A DNA stretch of 20,000 bases from contig JALDZS010000111.1 in the NCBI GenBank assembly GCA_022813965.1, forward strand, positions 56,746 through 76,745, in the 5' to 3' direction. Position 1 is the first letter of the stretch, and each line of letters opens with the position of its first letter. This DNA is from Toensbergia leucococca. Lineage: Eukaryota. This document shows, piece after piece, positions 11,313 through 20,000 of the stretch. The notes under the pieces were generated by a model. The model saw only the letters and a program-made list of their open reading frames with translations, was not told the origin of the DNA and did not search any database. The translations under genes were made by a program, and so were the position numbers.

Positions 11313-11417
11313 TTCAACGTCATCGCCGCGCTACCACTGGAGACTCTCTACATCTAATGCCTCTGGACAAAGGTATCGATTAAAAGTATCGAGATCAGCG
11401 TCAAGAAGTGGAACAAA
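11313..11417 (+). pseudogene. F-box motif remnant
   Basis: FNVIAALPLETLYI*CLWTKVSIKSIEISVKKWNK fits F-box LP.E....I...V.K.W, with TAA at 11355. Not in the ORF track. Confidence 0.45.
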
Positions 11418-11991
11418 TCAAGCAGGCTGCAGTCCCACAATTCAACGGCCTGCAAATATCCAACAATAGGAAAATCAAATTAAATCTCAGCTGAATACAC
11501 AACAAGCAAGAGGCAAACTTCATGCTCGACGTCGTCCTCCGCAATCATCACTCCTAGAGCTGAACCGCTCGCCTGGAAGCTCAGTACGAAAATTGCATGG
11601 ATTCAACGACTTTAATTTAAGGTCTATCACCTTGCGGCTTTTTCGATTCAACACTCACAGCCTGGCTTACATGAAAGTTCTCTCGATCATGCACAACTTT
11701 TCTATATGTCATGTTAATCTTTTACCTGCTTCCGCGCTGCATGACCGCAACGCAACCCCAGATATATATAAACGAACCGGGCTTGGTGACCTAACGCTCT
11801 CTTGGTCCATATCAGAAACCCGCGAGCAATCGCGACTGAAGATCGCCAGTAACGAGCAACTGAGGTTCTAGCAAGCTTTGTCTAAATCACTAATTCTCGA
11901 ATGAGTCCCTGCACCTCTTCACTACATAACAATCTCGAGCTACAAATGGTAGCAACAGCTAGATAACGATCAGGTGATTCCTATCATCACC

Positions 11992-12211
11992 TGTTGACGT
12001 AGAAACCTCACCACCATCATTGTCACCGGCGACCAAGGAATCAGTCTTTCAAAATCAGTATAAATTCCCAAATGTTTTCTTATAAGAAACACCAAGGTTT
12101 TTCATACCAGTCATTCAATTCAATCATTGAGTCAGTCCTTTAGTCACATCCTTTGAACCGATTTTCAACTAGGAGCCACGTCGCCATTGCGACGTAAGCA
12201 CATCATTAACA
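11992..12211 (+). repeat. Putative 5' LTR (220 bp) of the gypsy remnant
   Basis: TGTTGACG...CATTAACA termini (6/8 inverted match, both mismatches transitions), TATAAA at 12059, located about 200 bp upstream of the gag-like frame. No second copy seen in the window. Confidence 0.5.
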
Positions 12212-13500
12212 TTATACTAGGGAGTCTGAATCCCCACGGATCTTTCATACCTCTAGTCGTTTAAATCAGGTATATGAGCCATTCTTTTCTTTCAGTCTTT
12301 TCTACCGATTCCATACCCAGCTATATCAGAACCAGCAATACCTCTTGGGCCATTCGTCAATGTAGAATGAGGAGAACAGGACCTGACAGCTTGCCTGGAC
12401 GATTTACATATGGATCAGCCATCATCTTCTCAACACTCTGAGGAAGCATTCTATCAACAGTTAAACGCATCACACATGGAACAACCTCACTACGATCAGA
12501 TCTCTCCATACTATGCTCAGAATCCTCCATCTGAGAAGTACACGATACGAGGCTCCCTTCTGCAAGGCCAGCTAGCACCTTCGTCACCACCCCCTGACGT
12601 TACCCTAGAATAGAAGATGTCTCACCTTCTCGTGCAATCTGACTATAAGGATCAGGAAATGATAGCCGGGTTCAAGCGCGTTCAGGACAATGACGTTACG
12701 TTTGAGAGACGCATAGGGGCTCGTCTGGATAAGCTGGAGAGAAACACATCTTTTGCTTTCGAGTTACTAAGATCGTTCTCCGAAGGTCCCCCATTCAGAG
12801 AAAGTGGCTTCAAATCAGGTGCTACTTGAGCCTAAAGAGAGACACGATCCTCTGCGCTACTAAATGGCTCGACGCCGAGGTAGCTAGGAAGCCTTCCATG
12901 AATAGTCAAAGTACAAGAGCTCAAGTAGCAACAAGTGGCCTCATTTCAGACTTGGTCTAATCAAAGAACCAATGCCTTCATTCCCTGGACTCAATAGTTT
13001 CATGGCGCTGACAAGCCAGAAAACCTATCAAAAGCGTCATGACGTTGCGATCGATTTCTGAAATTGATGAGGAAAATTTTATCTCTGCGCTGCAGGAGAG
13101 GTTTGTTTTCTTCAACGAGGAGGTGCTTCTTTGAATCCATCGAGTGCTTCTCGAAAAGCGGCATTTCTTCCATATCAAGCAACTCGCTCTGATCACGACT
13201 ACATTTCACATACTGATACCTGCGTCACTATCCAGGCACAGTAGCTATGGTCCGAGGCAAGAGTTTCATCTTCACAGGGTCATTGAGCTTAGGCTGTCTA
13301 ACTATTATACTAGCGGCCTTGATTGACTGAGTGCATCAGATGTTCCAACCTGAGTGAAAGATGGCTGCAGACTCAGAAGATGAGAGTGTGCTTCCAGAAT
13401 GTCCGGATCGTTACCAAAAAGCAATTTTGTTAGACAAGAAGAATACTTCATATACGCTTTAAGATATTGTGCCCTAGAGCCGAATTCAGAGTGTCGTAGT

Positions 13501-13870
13501 GCATGAGGAGATTTGAAGAGGCCATTGTGAGAAGCATCAACTCTGGCCTTTCCGGACTTCGAAAGACTCTTCATACTGCGAATGGATGACAGCAAAGAAC
13601 CAGCGTATGGAGTACTCCTACATCAACTGAACTCCGAGAGGCCGTTTGTCACACTCTTGCACGTTATATGATGCAAAGAAGCGGTACTTATCCACCGAAG
13701 TTGAGCCGGGAGCTCTAGTCTAGGCCTTGATCCGCCTACCGCATTGTTTTGATGAGATATGGTTTACAGTTCACACAGACCAAAGCACGTTAGATTTGAC
13801 ATACCAGACGGAGACTACGGATCAAAGAATATCTCAATCAATCAAAATGATGATGATGTGTCTCTCAGGG
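13501..13870 (+). pseudogene. pol: Gypsy pol connection/RNase H domain
   Basis: A*GDLKRPL*EASTLAFPDFERLFILRMDDSKEPAYGVLLHQLNSERPF, frameshift, then SCTLYDAKKRYLSTEVEPGALV*ALIRLPHCFDEIWFTVHTDQSTL. Matches LAFPDF..PF.L..D.S / Y..TELE..ALVWAL / F.V.TDH..L. Confidence 0.9.
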
Positions 13871-14386
13871 TCATTGAGTTTGGCATGTCTATTGATAGCG
13901 GCCTGAGCTGGTCAAATAGATCAGACAGTTCTGACCAGGCCCAAATATTCAAGGGCGATTCGAAGAAATTTGGTACAACGACTGCTTTTCTAAATCCTGT
14001 TCACAGATCCTACCTTACCATCTCTAAAACACCTCACCGCTTCAATCGCTATTCCAAACCTTTACTAAGGGGTTCAAGACATAGAGTCAGACAAAATGAT
14101 CATTCAAAAGTTTCGTTCTTTCCTTCACTATCCTCCCCAAAAGCAGGTTCACAGTATGAATGAGTTACTGTGTGGTCTCAGTATGAAAGAACCCAGGAGC
14201 TTCTCCTTTGAGATACCTTAGATGCGAGTTTTAGTAGAATCGTCCGAAATGAAGTCAAGCATAGCAATGCATACCAGCTAAAGCATGCAGCCCTCTAATC
14301 TGGAAGGTTTGCAGGGACTCGAGGCTAGTGAGCTTGAGTTCACATTGTCTTCAGGTATACCTGCCGCAGCGTCATGAAATATTGAT

Positions 14387-15400
14387 GTGAATACAGATTT
14401 CTATCAGCCTGATGATTGCAGTGAAACTTCTGCTCTTACAGAGCTCACTGACGCTGACTCTCTCTATGACAGCTATGAACTGAAGAGCATGCTGAATACA
14501 AGTCTCTCATCACCATCACCGGCCATCAATCTGAGACACTATCTGAAGCTGACCCTCTCATCAAGATCCTTACTGATGTCATTGCAGAGCAATCTAGTCA
14601 AATAAAAGCGTTGCAAGCAGCTCAAACCTCAATGATGAGATTTCATTCAAATCTTTCAGGTTTTGATGACCTTTCACATCTTCGCGAGACCAACGAACTT
14701 GGCCTGTCAATTGACGTCGGTTTGCGCTCGCCAACCGAATTACACCTTTCAGTGAGCCCAAATCATTACGGGCAAAGCATCAATATTTGGTCCCGCATGC
14801 GGCAAAGGCACAATCTCCATCGATCAAAGAAGAGACTAGAACGTCAATATTTCGTGCGAAGATGACTTCATCACAATGGACCATGCTTGCAGACATTTTG
14901 AAAAGTATGCTCATCGATATAGGGTACGATGATAGCAAACAACGTACTCAAATCAAGCTTTCCGATAATATCAGACTGAACAACGAGGAGTCATCCTACA
15001 CTTCATCTCACTCGATTCAACCAGCCATTCTTCAAGAATTTCTCAGGCAGGAAGGCTGAATAGCTTCCCACGACGACACTCTTGAATGCACTGTGACTGG
15101 TTGAAACCATGTGATCGATTCAAAGCAAGAACTACAGCCCCCGAAAAGTACTTATGAGTACGTCACCAATTCAGATAGTGTAAACTTCGCAAAGAGAATC
15201 ACAAGTCTATGGCTTCTGTATTTCGACGCTTTTCACAATATTACGATGGATCAGGCAGGCATCGATAAGGCGTGTAAGGCCTTCGTAGAGACGGATCCAT
15301 ACTGTCCACGGCCACGTGGCAGAGAGCTGTAGGCGGCTTTTGGCAACCGATATCTTGCCACCGCCAACAAGATCATCCACGAGATGTACAAAAGACCTAC
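14387..15400 (+). pseudogene. DUF3669-family protein pseudogene
   Basis: NFAKRITSLWLLYFDAFHNITMDQAGIDKACKAFVETDPYCPRP (15183-15314), then EL*AAFGNRYL, matching the remembered LWLLDF....ITMD..G...A..AF...DPY.PRP motif. Upstream MLADIL and NRITPFSEP lie in the same frame across stops. 5' limit uncertain. Confidence 0.75.
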
Positions 15401-15479
15401 CCGTGCTCTTTCTAAGTGGTGTTTTCAACTCCCTCAATCCTCAGCCATCGCCTCTACATTTGGGCGGACCAGCTGCCTA

Positions 15480-15874
15480 TGACGTGGCGGAGTTGTATCA
15501 CAGTGCAGATAGGTACAAAGAAGTCCTTTTCGAGATCCTGCTAGATTTTCCGTTTCCTACGTCTTCGAAATTCCAGAAGATAGCGGGCAGTTTTTCAAGT
15601 ATGGTTCGTGTACTGGGAAGACGAAAGGGGCTCTAAACCCCTGTATCAGCTTTATTGATTCCCAGACACTGGCTCTGCACTGGCATCTACAAAACCAGTA
15701 ACTTTGTCTACGGAATTATCATCCTTTCGCGAAGTCCGGGATTCTGGATCATGGGTTTTTGAGGATGAAACCGTGACCCTAGTAGGTATGCTATGAGGAG
15801 GGTTTACAACTCGAGACGTAAACTCCATCGCCCCTATGAAGGCGATTCTGAATGATATCGCGAGTCGTTCATAG
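15480..15874 (+). pseudogene. Fungal trypsin-like (Ssy5/S64-like) serine protease C-terminal remnant
   Basis: VRVLGRRKGL* resembles V.K.GRTTGLT. After a frameshift, FREVRDSGSWVFEDETVTLVGML*GG..DVNSIAPMKAILNDI (15725-15859) resembles F...GDSGSWV......LVG.LWGG.....P...VL.DI. Confidence 0.7.
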
Positions 15875-15975
15875 GTTCTACCTTACGATCTTTGCAATAA
15901 ATTCTACTCAGTCTACAAGAAACTATCAGGAATCCTCACGTTAATCGATCGAGGTTTTCTGGTTTAATTACCATA

Positions 15976-16051
15976 GACATAGATAGCCTCCAGTGGGCTA
16001 CAATCATTCTGAGGGCCAGTCTGTGTGGGACACAAGGTACTTGGAATCTTG
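15976..16051 (+). pseudogene. Possible Zn-dependent alcohol dehydrogenase (GHE motif) scrap
   Basis: PVCVGHKVLGIL (16016-16051) resembles P.CVGHEIVG; preceded out of frame by DIDSL/SG, which resembles DLHTLRSG. Very short. Confidence 0.3.
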
Positions 16052-16304
16052 GAATGAAATGCAAGGAATAATCCAGCTTTAACAATCCTAGCTATGGTCA
16101 AGCCCTTGGCCGCTCCACCCTCATGCTATTGTCTTCTGGACGAAGAAGCAATTATTGCAAACAACCTCATAAACATATCTGATTCCAAGATCTCACTTCT
16201 TCTGGATATTGAGCTCGCAAAGTGTATTATGAAGGCCATGGCTAATATATAACGTTATCTCTCGGAATTTCTTGCACAATACTACGCCGAATTCCCACGA
16301 TGAT

Positions 16305-16900
16305 GTACGGGCATCCAAGCAAGATGACAAAGCTGGGGTAAAGTTCGCCACCAAAGCATTTCAATCAGCAGTCCTGAGACCACTTATAATCTTGCTCAAT
16401 AAAGACCAGACGCACATTAAAGAAGCCTACGACTCTGATGAAGGGGGAGAAGTGAGGGCACGTCTTAATGGAGGCTCAAATAATCCTTACCTTAGCCTGA
16501 ATCTCAGCGATAAGGAAATCATTCTGACAGAGCCTACGGAGGGCCCACGGGAGCTATCTACTCAGACTGTAATTCAGCCTACACGGTACGCAAGTCTTGC
16601 ATGATGTCCCGCGGATGAATTGGTCCAGCGTTCATAAACAAAATCCCAGAGGAATTAAAGGCACTCGTTGAAAGTCTGTTGAAGGTCAAAGATAAGGAAC
16701 GCCTCGATCTGGATGCAATTCTTAATATTCTGTATATTCAATACACGGAGGTAATGCTATTTCTTAACGTCTATATCAAAGAGGATAAACATCGCAAGCC
16801 TGTTCGCAACCGTTCACGAAAAAAATGCTCCTACTAATGACACATCTGTCAAGACGATCCAGTTCTCTACCAAGGATCAGCGAAGGATATTGTCAAGCGA
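16305..16900 (+). pseudogene. Ser/Thr protein kinase pseudogene (CAMK-like), internally deleted
   Basis: GVKFATK (subdomain II, Lys at 16353), IILLNKDQTHIKEAYD (III-IV), EGGEV (V, 16440), then in another frame KIPEELKALVESLLKVKDKERLDLDAILN (XI, from 16640). HRD/DFG/APE not seen. Intron 16751-16853 (GTAATG..TACTAAT..AAG). Confidence 0.7.
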
Positions 16901-17344
16901 GTGTGTGCTTTGGACTAGTCTCAGCAATCTATCACGAGGCAATTAGACGTCAATTTACGCTTGTTCTCATCAGCTTTTCTCATAATATACAAAGCTCTAC
17001 TCAATTGTGACTGATCTCCAAGCTGTTTGCCATCTTTCACGGGCAATTTGCTGGCTATGAGTGATTGTTAGGCTCAGATTAATTTGTCATCTCAACTGCC
17101 TCTTTCAAGCTCCCCAGGCTCAAGATGAGACAGAAAAAATGTTGTCTGAATAAGAAATGACCAGATGTCCTGATAATGTCCATGAAGATTGTGTCAAGAT
17201 ATGAACGAAGAAGAATGGCAATTCAGATGGTGGGAGGTCCTTCTCACCTGCTAGATGGAACTTTCCAATAGCAGACCAACTGTTAAACCCCGCTAGTGAG
17301 GAGCAAACGTTCTGACCACTGCGAACTCAATCGCTACAGAAAGA

Positions 17345-18274
17345 ATGTTGAAAGCCGGACTGCCAGACTCTGGAAAGATTTGGGAGGTAAAACGAAAAAC
17401 CAAGCCGCCTTCGTACCGTGTCCTCGCATCAGCCCTTAGTGAACCTCTCCTAGCTGAAGATGTTCTTAGTCAAATTAGAGAGACAAGACTCACCATGAAT
17501 ATCACCCGAAGCCACCTCGAGACTCCATGGATTTACGATGAAATGCAGGACTGAAGGAACATGCGCTATCCGAGAAATGTTCGAGCGGAAAGAAGATACT
17601 AGATTGCCTTAAAGACAACCCATGGCTAGTAGTCAATATTGAAAAAAGACTAGGCGGATGTAAGAAAGGAAAACAAGTGTTAATAGAGCTTTGAGTATGC
17701 TACACACAATTTCAAAGAGGGAAATGAAGCTTAGATCTGGTTCTGGGCTTACGAAATACGTTAAACGAAGCTCGATGGCTTCTCATCGTTCTTATGCTTT
17801 CAGACTCCTTACTCAGCAGTGTTCAATGTCATTCGTGCAGCTGCTTCCGAGACTGATTCAACTAGTGGCGATATGGTAGCTAGATCTCCACGCCATAGGC
17901 TACGAAAGAATACCTCTTAAGAAACTTTAATCAAGCCCTCTCATTAGGCTCAGAAGAAGGTGATAAAGTCAGAGACGAAAAAGTATACGATGGTATGTGA
18001 GACCCTCTCAATATAATATCTATGAACAAGAGCATCCAAGACCACTGCTGACTTACATGTCAACCAATTAGATTGCCAAAACTTCAAACACGAAGTCCGC
18101 AAATTAGGATTGTGGGATGGTACGGACGTAATTCGTTGCTTGATACTTCAGATGCAGAAGTGGGCCTCTCCGCCGAGAGCCAAACCCAGCCACAAGCACT
18201 CAAGGGTCTTCAAAAACTACAACCACATTTTCTTGATTGATACTGCGGTCAGTCTTCCCTTAAGTACGGCATAG
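17345..18274 (+). pseudogene. Spliced gene remnant, product unknown
   Basis: Intron 17993-18071 (GTATGT..GCTGAC..TAG) joins ...DKVRDEKVYD to DCQNFKHEVRKLGLWDG... in frame. Upstream part has several TAG/TGA stops. Confidence 0.45.
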
Positions 18275-18367
18275 ATTCCTTTCTTCTTCATCACTTCATT
18301 CACCCCTCACCCTCACCCTTCTTTTGTGTGACTTCTTTCATCATCATCATCAAGAGTCAAGCACATC

Positions 18368-18782
18368 ATGGCATCATCCTCCCCACCTGCTTTCATCAGC
18401 CTGCACGCCGCCACTGCTCACCTCCCCCGCTCCCGCCTCCCCGAGTCGTCGTAATGATGTACCACGATTTACATTATTGGACTTTCCCCCCAAGGACTCG
18501 CATCCGAGATCACTGAGGATGCGGATATCAACATTATCTGTCAGGCGCTAGAGCGTGATGTGCGCATTGTTGACAGCGTCAATCATTATTATCGACGGCC
18601 CCCTGATCCCTTGCGTCCTATCTCCCTCTTTGCAAATGCTGAACGGCGCTGAGGCTACTCTTCAGCTCACACTCGCCAATGAAAGGCAGAGACTAGCAGG
18701 GATTGCAGATGAATCCTCAGAGGAGCTTGCGGCCCGTATTCAGGAAACCGGCAAGGCGCAGACCGCCATTCATCATCACTAA
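18368..18782 (+). pseudogene. Probable F-box-like protein remnant
   Basis: RFTLLDFPP (18465-18491) after a Ser/Pro-rich leader. ORFs 18324 and 18555 share a frame and are separated by one TAG. Confidence 0.35.
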
Positions 18783-18793
18783 AAGGCAACCGG

Positions 18794-20000
18794 TTATAAC
18801 TTTTTCCTGTGCTGTGCTCACCCCTCAGTGAGTTTGCAGCCGCTGATCCAACCGGTCTTGTAAAGACTGTGAGACGATTGGATTTTGCTTTAGTCACCGA
18901 AAAGAAGGAGGCTGAGTAAAAAGAGCTACGGTGCTTTCCAGCCTTTGAACGTTGTGGCGTCTGGCATGATCATCGCCTCGTGCATTTTGACATTTATAAG
19001 AAACATAACCCTGTTATTCTATATAGTTGATCCCTCAACTGTATCGACAAGTGGTGGCCAGAATATCTTCCAACTGTATTTCACTTCCTACGAGAGCATC
19101 ATCTCTTCACTGAATTCAAAGCTGATTTTCAAGACCCGCGAGTCATCACTGACTTCTAGCTACTTTCTCTTGATTGAATTCATTACCTCAACAAATGATA
19201 TCAGAAGCTCATTCTGAATGCTGGATTCAAGGACTTGAAAAAGTAAAGCTACTTCAATGAGGCAAACTCATTGAGAATATCAAAGCAAATCAACGTACCT
19301 GAATCAAGGAATTCTTATTAGACTTGTGAGAAATTCTCACGTGGCTGCCAACATGATTATGAAGACATTGTTTCTATAGTCAGTCCACCGTACACTCAAT
19401 TCTTACACTTCTGACCCATTTCATTGAAAGGTGACAACCCCACGAAATTTGTTAAAAGAATGAAGAAAGATCTTCATCTGAGCGTTAATGCTTGCAAAAG
19501 AGAGCAGCCTACATATCAGATCTACAAGCTTTAATAACTGTTCAGCAGACTTAGCAAGCGTTAAGCATTTACAAGCATATGAATAAGATTAGTCCCGTCT
19601 TAATGTCATCAATTACCATACTGCAAAGGTTGTAAATAGTCAAAGGTACATTCAGAAAGAGATTGTTTGACAGTCATGATTCTTTTACGCAAATCCTGAC
19701 TCAAAAGGCAGCAAAGTTCTGATCAGGGAAAGAATAGCGCTACTCAAGGATCAAGCGTGCTCTTGTGCAAACAGCACTTTCTTCTGTGACTCATGTCAAA
19801 GACAAACTCATTGAGATTGAAAGAGATATAAATGTGTGTATAAGTCTGATGCAATTTCTATATATCTTCTTCATCAGTCATGCTTTCATCAAATCAAGTA
19901 TCATTAATTGTTTCTTCATCACTTTCTTATCTTTATTGTTTCTTCACGACAAATCAATCTTTCTTAACAATTGCAGATCTTTAAATAATCCTTTCTCTGA
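18794..20000 (-). pseudogene. Transition-riddled (RIP-like) spliced gene, 5' end outside the window
   Basis: Minus frames such as ESDEETINDT*FDESMTDEEDI*KL... and IQNELLISFVEVMNSIKRK*LEV...EVKYSWKIFWPPLVD keep frame across TAG/TAA/TGA. Intron-like 19616-19538 and 19298-19221. Confidence 0.5.

Larger units (their letters stand above)
11992..14300 (+). mobile_element. Heavily deleted Ty3/gypsy LTR retrotransposon
   Basis: Collinear order: LTR; gag-like 12410-12890 (ORFs 12410 and 12617 joined through a TAG; ATKWLDAEV); RT C-terminal remnant ~13030-13330 (LLEKRHF, LSNYY); clear RNase H; weak integrase traces (TTAFLNP, L*NTSP, NAYQLK). 3' limit approximate. Confidence 0.8.

Noticed and set aside
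14500..15400. Second gypsy gag (FRAK..DIGY, CKAF)
   Set aside because: Explained much better by the DUF3669 motif.
1..20000. Alternative genetic code or stop read-through explaining the many in-frame stops
   Set aside because: All three stop types occur together with frameshifts and lost catalytic motifs, which fits pseudogenisation.
1..20000. Starship captain (DUF3435), Helitron RepHel or DDE transposase
   Set aside because: No recognisable motifs in any frame I translated, so the element type cannot be assigned from this window.

Overview
Filamentous-ascomycete-like genomic DNA, judged from short GT(A/G)AGT/GTATGT...CTRAC...YAG introns. Only the 3' end of one spliced gene (56-1009) reads cleanly. 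The rest is a dense graveyard of broken coding sequence. Recognisable pieces, nearly all on the + strand: several F-box-like N-termini, a well-conserved fragment of a C2H2 transcription factor, a Mediator Med10/Nut2 remnant, a Ty3/gypsy retrotransposon shrunk to about 2.3 kb (LTR-gag-RT-RNaseH-IN order kept), a DUF3669 gene, a trypsin-like (GDSGS) protease, a possible Zn-alcohol dehydrogenase scrap and a Ser/Thr kinase. Decay is dominated by many internal deletions plus Trp/Gln-to-stop transitions. The last ~1 kb is AT-rich and CpG-depleted (RIP-like). Family calls come from manual translation and remembered motifs, not from database searches. No intact novel system or mobilising enzyme is visible. 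The most interesting signal is the co-oriented, deletion-compressed mosaic itself.
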